Shown: positions 42,067 to 51,886, counted from the stretch's first letter. The stretch: DNA of 64,000 nt from Bdellovibrionota bacterium (GCA_965207455.1 CBDBMJ010000001.1:192001-256000), one strand, 5' to 3'. Numbers and translations: made by a program. Notes: generated from the letters alone by a model not told the origin.

Positions 42067-43200
42067 TTACTCATCAGTATAGTTCATTAGCATTTTATCG
42101 AACTGTTTTTGTTTCAATATCTTTGCTTCTGCTAGTTCGTCGATTGTTTCTTTCCATACTATTCTGGCTGTTTTTAGATTCACTCTAGCTATTTCTTCAT
42201 ACGCTCTAGCTATTCCTTCTTCTTTCGAAAGTATTAATTCTTCTTCTCTTGAATGCATTAATTCTTCTGGCGTTTTCGATTCTTCTGCAGCGATTGTTGT
42301 TGAGGCTTGCAGATTTCCTTCAGAGATTATTCCTGTTGAACTTATCGCTGCCTCTGATAAGGTCTGCAGCTCTTCTTCAGAGATTATTCCTGTTTCCGCT
42401 AAATCTTCGGATCCTCGCATTGCTTGTAGTTCATTCAAGTGACGTATTACTTCTGGTGAGGCTTGCAGAGATTTTCCATAGGCTATTACAAGCATTATTT
42501 TCAGTGTAGATTTCTTCCTGATCCATACACTTTTGGCCATTTTTTCTTTATTTTCCAATTCGCGTATACTTCTATCCCATTTATTGTCGAATCTATTTCG
42601 CTTAAAGTTAAATTGAGCTAGCTCTTTTTCCTTCAAATGGGCTATTTTTTCTGCTAATTCTGATTCCGAGTTGAGTAATTCTCTTCCCTTTGGATTAGAA
42701 ATCATATCGGCGGCGATGTCGACTAAGTTGTTTAAGCCGTCAGCTATATTGCTGAAGCCGTCAGCTACATTGACGGAGCCGTCAGCTAAGTTGACGGTAC
42801 GGTTGAAAAAACTTATGTGAGCTACATTGCCGGCTACGTTGTCGGAGTCGTCAGCTAAGTTGACGGTACGGTTGAAAAAACTTATGTGAGCTACATTGCC
42901 GGCTACGTTGTCGGAGTCGTCAGCTAAGTTGTCAGCTATATTGCTGAAGACGTCAGCTAAGTTGTCAGCTATATTGCTGAAGCCGTCAGCTAAGTTGTCA
43001 GCTAAGTTGTCAGCTAAGTTGTCAGCTAAGTTGACGGTACGGTTGAAAAAACTTACTTTCTCTTGTTCCGAGTCTAAGTTGGTTAAATCTGATTTGCCCT
43101 CTCCTTTAGCCGATTTTGATGTTTCTTTCTGTGAACATCCTGGTAATGCTATGGTAAGTACAAGTACTAGGATTGTTATTATATTATTTTGTTTCTTCAT
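42067..43200 (-). CDS. Orphan lipoprotein with NLAD repeats and coiled coil
   Basis: Lipobox ALPGC; NLADNLADNLAD; SFFNRTVNLAD x3. Confidence 0.75.
   Translation of the reverse strand: MKKQNNIITILVLVLTIALPGCSQKETSKSAKGEGKSDLTNLDSEQEKVSFFNRTVNLADNLADNLADNLADGFSNIADNLADVFSNIADNLADDSDNVAGNVAHISFFNRTVNLADDSDNVAGNVAHISFFNRTVNLADGSVNVADGFSNIADGLNNLVDIAADMISNPKGRELLNSESELAEKIAHLKEKELAQFNFKRNRFDNKWDRSIRELENKEKMAKSVWIRKKSTLKIMLVIAYGKSLQASPEVIRHLNELQAMRGSEDLAETGIISEEELQTLSEAAISSTGIISEGNLQASTTIAAEESKTPEELMHSREEELILSKEEGIARAYEEIARVNLKTARIVWKETIDELAEAKILKQKQFDKMLMNYTDE
42720..43055. repeat. Nested 12/21/63-bp tandem repeats
   Basis: gtcagctaagtt units; a 63-bp block is duplicated. Confidence 0.9.
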
Positions 43201-43245
43201 TTTCTTTTCTCCTTTTTATTTGTTAATTTTCACTATTAAAGCTGT

Positions 43246-43282
43246 ATTATATATTAATGAATCAAAATAGTCAAGCATTATT
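43246..43282 (-). promoter_or_regulatory. Sigma70-type promoter
   Basis: TTGACT-N17-TATAAT on the minus strand. Confidence 0.7.
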
Positions 43283-43355
43283 TTAATTTTTATTGCTCTT
43301 TGTCAAATCTTTGTTTTTATTAGTTTAATTCAATTTTTTCTGCCTTCGATTAGAT

Positions 43356-44217
43356 TTACTGGTCACTATATCTCCCTACTATTTCATCTAGTTTTTCTTG
43401 CTTCAAGTTCTCTGCGTTCTCCAGAGCTTTTCTTCTTATCTGCCACCTTACTTTATCTAGCGCTTCTTCCTTTGCATTGGCTATTGCTTCTGGCTCTACT
43501 TCGCCTATTCCATTTGCCTTAATATTGGCTATCGCTTCCTCTTCGGCATTGGCTATTGCTTCTGGCTCTACTTCGCCTGTTTCATTTGCCTTAATATTGG
43601 CTATCGCTTCCTCTTCGGCATTGGCTATCATTTCTTCTGCATTTGTTAGCTCTTCTTCCATAAGATGAAGTACATCTTCTGGCGTTTGGGGTGCTTCCAG
43701 CTTTTTTTCAAGGATCGTTTCTGTTGGATTACTCACTTGCTGATCATATACAATCAAATCAAATACCATTCCTGGCTTTTTCGCGTCTTCATTCAACTCT
43801 GATTTTCCTAGTGGTAAAATGGTGGTTTCTATCATTTGCCCATCGGCGATTTTTTCTAGCAATGAACGGAATTCGATTTCTAACGAGCTTGTTTCTGTCT
43901 CTAATTCAGATTCTCCTAGATTGTGCTTTTTTCTTATCCAACTCGATCTGGTTATTTCTTCCTGATCTTTTAAATAGTTTATTGTTTGTTCCCAAATCAA
44001 TTCGGTTTGTTTTAACTCTCCTTCAAATTTTGCTAATACTTCTTTCTTTAAAGTGATCATTTTTTCTTGCGCATCTAAACTCAATTCCAATTTGGTTGGT
44101 TCTATTTTGTCCCATCCGGCTCCTGCTTTACTTTCTTTACCTAGCGTTTTTTTTCTCTGCGCATCCCGGTAAGGCTATAATAAGTACTAGGATTGCTATT
44201 ATATTGTGTTTTCTCAT
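43356..44217 (-). pseudogene. Lipoprotein paralog of 42067..43200, frameshifted in an A8 tract just after the lipobox
   Basis: MRKHNIIAILVLIIALPGCAEKK then A8 (44147-44154) gives a stop; A7 would read into the 244-aa ORF; shares WIRKK and TPE...EEEL with the neighbour. Confidence 0.8.
43474..43628. repeat. 72-bp tandem repeat x2 (EEEAIANIKANxxGEVEPEAIANA)
   Basis: Direct inspection of DNA and protein. Confidence 0.9.
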
Positions 44218-44259
44218 TTTTCTTATCTCCATTAATTAACTTTTACTCTACAAATTGCA

Positions 44260-44296
44260 TTGTACATTAATTAACCATAATAGTCAAGTATTATTT
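44260..44296 (-). promoter_or_regulatory. Sigma70-type promoter
   Basis: TTGACT-N17-TACAAT on the minus strand. Confidence 0.7.
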
Positions 44297-44356
44297 CGAC
44301 TTTTCCCAAAAATAAAAGTCGTAAATAGCTGCATATAATAGATGTGCTAGTAAAAT

Positions 44357-44938
44357 TTACTTGCCAGTTGTTCTCCTTTGATTATAGCCTTCATCTCTAG
44401 CAAGAGCTTTTGACTGAGCCCTTCTATCTCCAATTACTTCTATTGCTTGAGGAGCACTGTCTCGACCAAAGCGCCATGATCGCATTTGATCAGAATGGGT
44501 TCTAATTTTAGCGGCTTCTTTAGATCGTCTTTCTCCAATTATTATTGTGAGGTCGGTTAAATCGTAAATCCCCATTTTCTCTAAATTCACTGAACCTATT
44601 TCTCTTCTCAATGATTGATAGTCTTTGAAGTTAGCGATGCAGTAGAGTGTAATGTATATAGCAATTCCAATAGGTATATTGAGCAAGATAGAAATTCCTG
44701 GATAGTTTATTAAGCTGACTCCGAGAATAGCAAAATCGCTAGTCTCAAAATATTCTTTCTTAAGGCTATAATCATTCCAGCAACGATACTCTCCGTTTCT
44801 TATAGAGTGAAATTCATCATCTGTAAGCACACGATATGATCTTTCTTTTTTAGTATTGCCATTTGATGCATTTACATATTGTGGGATCATAAAGGCTAGA
44901 CTAAGCAATATACATAATATGTTTTTATTTTTTTTCAT
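44357..44938 (-). CDS. Orphan secreted protein with an internal hydrophobic segment
   Basis: Signal peptide MKKNKNILCILLSLAFMIPQYVNA; internal ILGVSL...IAIYITLYCI. Confidence 0.7.
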   Translation of the reverse strand: MKKNKNILCILLSLAFMIPQYVNASNGNTKKERSYRVLTDDEFHSIRNGEYRCWNDYSLKKEYFETSDFAILGVSLINYPGISILLNIPIGIAIYITLYCIANFKDYQSLRREIGSVNLEKMGIYDLTDLTIIIGERRSKEAAKIRTHSDQMRSWRFGRDSAPQAIEVIGDRRAQSKALARDEGYNQRRTTGK

Positions 44939-44978
44939 TCTTTCTATTCCTTCACTAGCAACTATATAAAACAGAAAC

Positions 44979-44996
44979 TTGCAAGTATCGTGCCAA
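44979..44996 (-). promoter_or_regulatory. Sigma54 promoter
   Basis: Minus strand TTGGCACGATACTTGCAA, consensus match. Confidence 0.85.
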
Positions 44997-46439
44997 AGTT
45001 ACCTTAAAGGATGATTGGAAGAGGAATTAAAAAGTCCTTTTATTTCATATAGATATGCTAAATTTCATGCTTCTGAATTTATAGATACTCTGTGGGATTA
45101 ACTAAAAAATAGACAGTTGTCATTGCACAGCGATTCTGTCGTATAACTACACAGGGAAACTGTCGGCGCAGATGCGTCAAAAAGGGGGGTTTGATTTCTA
45201 GTAAAACAGGCTCTCAAGACAGTATTCACAGCTGTTTTCTGGCTCTTAGAGGGCCGTACTTTGCTTCTAACGGTCTACCTTCTTTTTTGAGAGCCTAGGT
45301 GGCAGTGGCCTGCTCTTTTTAAGAGCTGCACGCGTTCTAAGGAGTATTGTCTGCATATTAAACTTCAGCCATATACGCCGGATGCTCCCATACTGTACAT
45401 TTAGTTGACACTCTTTCTTTAAATGCAAGAATAATTGCCTTTGCCCTAGGTAGGGATTCTTCAAAGAAAAATCAATTACTTTTCTCTCTATGCTCCTTAT
45501 GCTTTTGGAGGAGTGACTTTTATTGTGATTCTTTTTTAAAGCACTGGCTCCTTTTCTTTTAAAATTTTTCTATTGTTATAAATAGTTTGCCTTGAACAGC
45601 CTGACTGTCTGGCTGCCTCTGATACATTTTGAATCTTGCTTGCAAGCTCAATAATCTCTAGTTTTCTTTTTGCCTCCATGTCTTTTGCAGAAGGTTTTGA
45701 AGGTTCAGTTACCTTAGAAACTATTAATTTCTTGCCTGCAAAATGCGCTGTAATTTTTCCTCTAGCATTTATTCGGATTTCAATTTCTTTTTTAGCAATG
45801 GAATGTCTTAACTTGGATTCCAATAAATAGATTTTATTCCCATAACTAAAGGTATGATCATTTCTAATCTTCCGAGACTATTTCATAATAAAAATACCAT
45901 TGATGTCTGTGGATAATGGAAGCGGGGTATATTCAGATATAGGGTTATCTGGTTCCACAATGCAATTTTTCTGCCAATAGGAAGGAAGAAATTTTTTTTG
46001 AAAAAACCTGTTTGCTCCCTCTATATTCCGAATGCCAGCCAATCTTAGCTCCGGAATTAATCTATCTTGAAGTGTATAGAAAGCTCTTTCTATTCGACCC
46101 TTCCCTTGAGGTGAATTTGCAAAAATAATTTCAATGCCTAACTCCTCACAAGCTCTCTTTACTTGCGAGAAGTTACCGCGCTTTCGACCTCCAAAGAGAC
46201 CCGCTCTATCAACATACAGCGTTTTAAAAACTCCCTTTTTCTTAATAACTTCTTTTAAGACTTGCGGTGGTTTGCAGGGTAGTTGCCCCTTTAAAATTTA
46301 AACTACTCCATGTCTAGCAAGATTTTTACCATGTTTCAATAGCTTAATTTTTAAAATTCTATTTCATTGGGATTTTTCTCTTTTTTACAAGGGGCGACTT
46401 TGGCGGCTCCAGCAAGCTGTAAGGCTTGCGCCGCCAGCC

Positions 46440-46580
46440 GCCTGTGGTAGGGAAGCAGTTACTCGTATTTCTCAATATCCCGGGAAAAATTTCCGCAGGA
46501 GTGCGCTCCTTACAATATTTATCTTGATTCGTAGGCTCTTTGTTATAAAAATCCATACACACTTATCCAAGCTATCTCGA
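46440..46580 (-). pseudogene. IS481-like transposase C-terminal remnant
   Basis: FYNKEPTNQDKYCKERTPAEIF resembles the YNxERxHQGKxCxGRTPxxxF tail of IS481-family transposases. Confidence 0.5.
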
Positions 46581-46649
46581 AGGGGCTTACTGGCTGCTGG
46601 CAAGGTGAAAAACAGGTATAGAAGATGCCTATGTCTTACTTGAGACTAT

Positions 46650-48130
46650 TTAAGCAGTTTTTAACGGATTTAATGTTACAGCTTCTGACCTATCCCAGTT
46701 TCTTGTTTTCCCTGACCAACGATTTGGATTTTTTTGTTTTGCTCGTTCATATACTGCTCGTCTCTTAGTCAATATCTCAACGTCCTCACCCCTTCTGCGA
46801 CTCCCTTGAGTTACAAAGTTTATACCACTATGAAAGTGCTCTTCATTATACCAAGGAATAAATTTCTCCATCCATTCCCCACATCCCTCAATAGACTCAA
46901 ACGGTTTAGAGGGATAGCTTGGATTATATTTTATCGTCCTAAAAAGAGATTCGGAATAAGGATTATCATCGCTAACTCTCGGTCTATTAAAGGATGGGAC
47001 CACTCCAAGTCTTTGGAGTGTGGCAAGCATGGTAGCTCCCTTCATTGGCCCTCCATTGTCTGAATGAATAGCAAGCTCTCCTTCCTCTATCTTTTCTTGC
47101 TTGCATAAACTCAACATCATTTGACTTGATATTTCATCATTTTGTTCTGTGCTAACTACATAGCCAACGATACTGCGATCAAAGAGATCCATCACTAGGT
47201 ACAGATAAAAATACATACCTTTTATATTAGTTCTCAAATATGTTATGTCCCAACTCCAAACTTCATTTGGACCTGTGGATACAAGCTCTCGAGGATTATT
47301 AACCTTACTTCCTTCTTTTTGCTTACCTCTATGGACAAGCATTCCCTCTTCTTTTAGACAACGGTAAAAAGTAGATTCACTGGCTATATACAATCCATCA
47401 TCAGCTAATGCAGGTACGATCTGTGATGGAGGTTTATCCTGGAACTTTTTACTATTTGCTATTTGAAAAATTCTTTTTCTTTCCTCATCACTTAATTTAT
47501 TTGCTGGAACACTCTTGGGACCCTTCCTCCTATCTCCAACAGGGTTTTTATTCCAACGTCTGTAGGTTGTGGGGTCTAGTCCCATCTGTATGCATGCCCT
47601 AAAGAGGCGTGCCCCATTAGAGACAGCCTCTTCAATTTTTTCTAAATAATTTCTCCTATCTTCTAAACCTATTCGTCTTCCTCGTTGCTGCCCCAGATCA
47701 GGTCCATTTTTTTTTTTAGAATCAGCAAGGCACTGGCTTCTGCAAGAGCTTTATCTTTACGACGAATTTCTTTTTCCAAAGTGTGCACTTTCTTCTTCAA
47801 CTGACGTTTCTCGGAAGGATCTTCTTTTTCACAAAGCTCATGCCTCCAGTCCGCTATATCTCGATTGAAGAGTCCGTGCTTGCGCAAATAAGCACCTCTA
47901 TCTTCCTCAGTAATATTTGCAACCTGTTCAATTGCTGCCAGTTTTTGTTTTTTACTCCAATGTTTATTTCTTTTTTTCATACTAGGTTCTTTACCACATT
48001 CCTTTACCCACTTGGAGAGGGTGGGCTGCGATATGCCTACTTTAAGACTGAGGGCATGGGCACTGGGACCACTAGGAGATAGCATCTTCTGGATCATCGT
48101 TTTTTTTATTTCTTCTGAGTATAGCTTCAT
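46650..48130 (-). CDS. IS3-family transposase OrfA (47669..48130) and OrfB (to 46650), -1 frameshift at a poly-A tract
   Basis: OrfA HTH plus coiled coil ending LILKKK on A11 (47707-47717); OrfB WSWDITY, HSDNG, DNPYSESLFRTIKY. Confidence 0.92.
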
Positions 48131-49001
48131 AATAAAGCCTTTCTCGCCCCCTATTGTTGATAAAAAAACTACGGAATCATGGCTTTTAAGAAAAATCAGC
48201 CGGACTCACGCAGATCGTAAAAAGAGGCAACTTCCCTGAAACAGGGGGCTTGCAAGCAACCAAAACTTGTTTCTGAAGGAAAGAATTTACCAAAAACCTC
48301 TCCATTGGCATCATCAATAGTAGCGATCAAGCAAGACTTAGAATCTCCGAACCATCTATGTGTACTACCATCCATCTGCAACATGAGACCAGAGCATGCC
48401 ATACGCTCTCTTCTTTTTCTAAGTTTAGATCGTCTTTTTTTTTCATTTTCACATGATGTATCTCATGTGCCCACCTTCGAAGCGTTTCTTTATTTATAAA
48501 AACACCCTCATCACTTTTTAGCTTTTCTCTGAGATGAGTTAGATTAAAATCAAAATATTTTATTTTAATTAAATCTTCAACTTTAGTTCTTACCGAGTCA
48601 GCGGTCTTATTGATAGGAGCGCAACCTCTATTTTTATGCAGTAAATGCAAGGATCCTTTTTCTTTATGTAATCTTAAATATCGTTCAATAGTTCTTATAG
48701 ATCTATTTAGAAGTTTTGAGGCATTTGGGATTGTTATTTTACCATCACAAACCTTTGAAATTGTATCCATTTTTAATTGATCATAACTTGTTATTCTTAT
48801 CATAATACTGCACCCTCCTATTTATTTGTAAAATCAGAAGTACAGCTTACGAATGCTATTATGGTGCAGTGCGCCCGTCAAATTCCCTTTGTAGTTATGA
48901 TACGACAGAATCGCTTTGTGATTACACTAAAAAATAGACAGTTGTTGAGGAAGTTTGCGGTAGTTCCTCGAATGAATTTCTAGATATTGTCCGTTATAAA
49001 T

Positions 49002-49032
49002 AAAATCCCTTCATTTCTGAAGGGATTTTTTC
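49002..49032. terminator. Intrinsic terminator (bidirectional)
   Basis: AAAATCCCTTCA-TTTC-TGAAGGGATTTT perfect stem with A/T tails. Confidence 0.85.
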
Positions 49033-49093
49033 AAGCCATATAGCCTCTAATATAGAATTTTCATTTAGTTTACTGAAAGATCATAAATTATAT

Positions 49094-50371
49094 TTACCGT
49101 GAACTAGCTGTTAGGTTGGGACGTATATAAATGAAAATTATTTTTTTGCTCTTGATCTCCATCTTTAGAGTTGCTAAAGTACTCTTCAATTCTGTTTTTT
49201 TCTTCTTATCAGTTTCCATATTTATATTCTCTCGAATACGTTCCACGAGTTCTTTTTTCTTCTGCATTTCTGCTTCTAGATCTTCTAGAACATTCTCTAA
49301 TTCTGTTTTAGAGTAATTGGCATCTTCATCAGTAATCAAGTTAAGATTTTGAAGAATATGGATGTCACGTGCATTCCCAACTGCATAAAAATAAGAGCGA
49401 CAGCCTATATTAATATAATTTTGAATCATTTTACCTGCTTGTTTTTGATTTTTATTAGCAGCGCTAGAATGCCTACTTGGCTCAGTTTCTAATGCATCTA
49501 ATATTGATGCTGCTTTTTTATCATTACATTCTTCACTTATAAAGCTCAGACTTTTGGATGGACTTTTACCTTGAAGATTACTTATTCTTTCTTTCATATC
49601 CTTAAATTCCAACTTGCCCTTTGAGAGCTTCTCTTGATCTGGAACAGGATAATAACCATATTGTAGTTCTGGTACTCCATCATCACTATAATCTGGTGTC
49701 CATATAAGAAGCCCTATAACTAGCCATTGAGCAAGTCGTCCTGCCTTCCTCAGTAAACGTCCTGTTAAAGAAGGACGACGTTTTTTAGTAACTTTAGCCA
49801 TATCAATGGTCTGAGGATTATTTACTTTTATGAATTGACCTGCTGTTAGTTGAGAAGAAGCCGCAGTAGCAGCAGCAGCTATGCTTGCTTCAGATTTCTT
49901 TACTATGTGGCGACCAATAAGAATAAGTCCGAAGCTAGATACTACAAAAATAGCAGGTTCATCGTAAGCTTGCCTTATTATGGTTTTTACCACAGGACCT
50001 ACCCCTATATCGTTTGCTATATAGCCTATATCACTTGCTGTTTCCGATTCTATTATAGTGTTTGTCACAGAAGTTATCCCTATGCCGTCTACTATACTGA
50101 CTATACCGTCGCCTATTTCGGATAGGTTGTCTTTTATTCCCCATTCTTCAAAATATCTTGCTGCCTTTTTTTTTATTCCTGGTATGTTGTGTGTCTTAAA
50201 ACCGATACCTAATGTTGGTATTAAAAAAGTTAAAGGTTCGTCTGTCGAATTTGAAGTTTCCTCTCCATTTGCCCTATCTGTTTCTGTGATCAGTGCCACT
50301 GAATATGCATACTGTGGGCTAACCAAAGCTAGGCAAAGTAATATGGCTATTATATTTTTTGTTGTTTTCAT
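49094..50371 (-). CDS. Orphan secreted protein with internal hydrophobic helices and C-terminal coiled coil
   Basis: Signal peptide MKTTKNIIAILLCLALVSPQYAYS; AIFVVSSFGLILIG and WLVIGLLIW segments. Confidence 0.7.
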   Translation of the reverse strand: MKTTKNIIAILLCLALVSPQYAYSVALITETDRANGEETSNSTDEPLTFLIPTLGIGFKTHNIPGIKKKAARYFEEWGIKDNLSEIGDGIVSIVDGIGITSVTNTIIESETASDIGYIANDIGVGPVVKTIIRQAYDEPAIFVVSSFGLILIGRHIVKKSEASIAAAATAASSQLTAGQFIKVNNPQTIDMAKVTKKRRPSLTGRLLRKAGRLAQWLVIGLLIWTPDYSDDGVPELQYGYYPVPDQEKLSKGKLEFKDMKERISNLQGKSPSKSLSFISEECNDKKAASILDALETEPSRHSSAANKNQKQAGKMIQNYINIGCRSYFYAVGNARDIHILQNLNLITDEDANYSKTELENVLEDLEAEMQKKKELVERIRENINMETDKKKKTELKSTLATLKMEIKSKKIIFIYIRPNLTASSR

Positions 50372-50416
50372 TTTCTTATCTCCTTGTTAATTGTTATTCT
50401 TTACTGCACAAACCGT

Positions 50417-50453
50417 ATTATGCATTAAGTTATATAAATAGTCAAGCATTATC
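50417..50453 (-). promoter_or_regulatory. Sigma70-type promoter
   Basis: TTGACT-N17-CATAAT, same context as the promoters at 43246 and 44260. Confidence 0.6.
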
Positions 50454-50470
50454 TTGAATTTTTTAGTCAA

Positions 50471-51812
50471 TCGAATTGACTCACAAAAAACGTCACCAAA
50501 ATGGCTTTGAGAACAGTGAGTTACGGCTCGGTTGACTCACAACGCAATTCCATGGAAAATATAACTGTAAAATTAACATACCAAGGAGGTACATTATGAA
50601 CAAACAAGCCATAACACAATATTTACTAGCAATAGCGGAGCTTTACCGCAATAGCCTTAAGAGAGAAAAAACGAGAATACTGGATGAGGCCGTGAAGGTG
50701 TGTCCGCTAAACCGTAAGCAGATCATCAGACGCCTGCAAAAGGGTCCAGAGAGCATCATAAGGGGAGGGGGTTCTGGGAGGAGATTCCAGTACCCCCGAG
50801 GGCTCCTTAAGCCCTATATTCGCAAATTATGGACGAGGATGGGCTATCCCTGTGCTCTAATCATGCAGGCAAGTATGGAAGAGTGGCTAGAGTATTTGCC
50901 TGTTGATATGAACTTTCCCAGCGCTATAAAAAGAAAGCTTTTGCAGATGAGTGCCTCTACTGTAGGCAGATTTTTAAAAGAAATTAGAGGAGATAGGAAT
51001 AAAGGAAAAAGCACCACTAGACCTGCTAGTAGTTATCTGAAGAGCAAGGTTCCCATAAATACATTGGGCTTTCGACCCGAAGAACCAGGATACTTGCAGG
51101 CAGATACGGTGTCTCACTGTGGAACAAATGTAGGCGGCTTATACGCCTCTACCCTTACCACTACAGACGTATATTCCTCTTGGACAGAGAATAGAGCTAT
51201 TCTAGGAAAAAGGGCGCATAAGGTTAGTCAGAAATTCTATGAAATTCAAAAGGAATTGCCTTTTTTAATAATAGGAATAAATACAGACTCTGGAACAGAG
51301 TTTATCAACAATGAAGTGGTAAATTTTATGAATAGCAATGGCAGGAGAATTAATTTTACTAGGTCCAGGCCTTATCGTAAGAATGACAATTGCTTCGTGG
51401 AACAAAAGAACTTTACCCATGTAAGAGAGCTTATGGGCTATGAGAGGATAGAGGATAAAGCTCACATAGATTTGATGAATGATATTTATATAAATTACTG
51501 GAACCCGTTAAAAAACTTTTTTATTCCGTGTTTGAAATTGAAGGAGAAGTATAGAGAAAAGTCTAGAGTGATAAAAAAGTACCATAAAGCACAAACGCCC
51601 TTTAATTGGCTAATGAAATCGGATGCTCTTTCCGAGGAGTATAAAAGGAGGTTAAGAAAAAGAAAAAAAGAACTCAATCCCTTTGTCCTGAAAAGCGAAA
51701 TGGACAAAAAACTAGACCAGCTTTTTTTATTATTGCAGCGGTCTAAGAATGGAAAAGCGGCATGATTTCAACGCGATGCTCCTTGGTGCGTTTTCATTAT
51801 GAGTCAATACGA
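50471..51812 (+). mobile_element. Insertion sequence with rve-type transposase (ISNCY-like)
   Basis: Imperfect IRs TCGAATTGACTCACAAAAAACGTCACCAA versus (reverse complement) TCGTATTGACTCATAATGAAAACGCACCAA; no clear target duplication. Confidence 0.75.
50596..51765 (+). CDS. DDE integrase-core transposase, intact
   Basis: QADTVSHCG, NTDSGTEFIN, FTRSRPYRKNDNCFVEQKN. Confidence 0.9.
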   Translation: MNKQAITQYLLAIAELYRNSLKREKTRILDEAVKVCPLNRKQIIRRLQKGPESIIRGGGSGRRFQYPRGLLKPYIRKLWTRMGYPCALIMQASMEEWLEYLPVDMNFPSAIKRKLLQMSASTVGRFLKEIRGDRNKGKSTTRPASSYLKSKVPINTLGFRPEEPGYLQADTVSHCGTNVGGLYASTLTTTDVYSSWTENRAILGKRAHKVSQKFYEIQKELPFLIIGINTDSGTEFINNEVVNFMNSNGRRINFTRSRPYRKNDNCFVEQKNFTHVRELMGYERIEDKAHIDLMNDIYINYWNPLKNFFIPCLKLKEKYREKSRVIKKYHKAQTPFNWLMKSDALSEEYKRRLRKRKKELNPFVLKSEMDKKLDQLFLLLQRSKNGKAA

Positions 51813-51886
51813 ATTATTCATAATCTATTGTTTTTATTAATTTTTTCCCCTGCTTTGCTCCTCCCTTTAAATGGGGGTTAGAAAGG

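Larger units (their letters stand above)
46266..48248. mobile_element. Nested insert inside the outer transposase, carrying IS3-family genes
   Basis: 5-bp direct repeat CTTGC at 46261-46265 and 48249-48253; subterminal IR CAGGG(T/A)AGTTGCC(C/T)CTTT; removal restores ...ETSFGCLQVLKEVIKK... Confidence 0.75.
45267..48803 (-). pseudogene. Fragmented DDE transposase of the outer IS
   Basis: LQMDGSTHRWF...ATIDDA, LYVDRAG, ANSPQGKGRIERAFYTLQDRL; frameshifts (e.g. T9 at 48435-48443) and an insertion at 46266-48248. Confidence 0.85.
45118..48926 (-). mobile_element. IS1202-like (ISNCY) insertion sequence, degenerate and interrupted
   Basis: TGT...ACA ends; about 50-bp imperfect IRs sharing AGCGATTCTGTCGTAT; 16-bp flanking direct repeat CTAAAAAATAGACAGT at 45102-45117 and 48927-48942. 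Confidence 0.85.

Noticed and set aside
40705..42072. Integron attC cassette array
   Set aside because: The palindromes are short, lack RYYYAAC/GTTRRRY boxes, and no tyrosine integrase is present; kept only as an unexplained repeat.
41432..43628. Repeats as a CRISPR array
   Set aside because: Head-to-tail in-frame coding repeats with no unique spacers and no cas genes.
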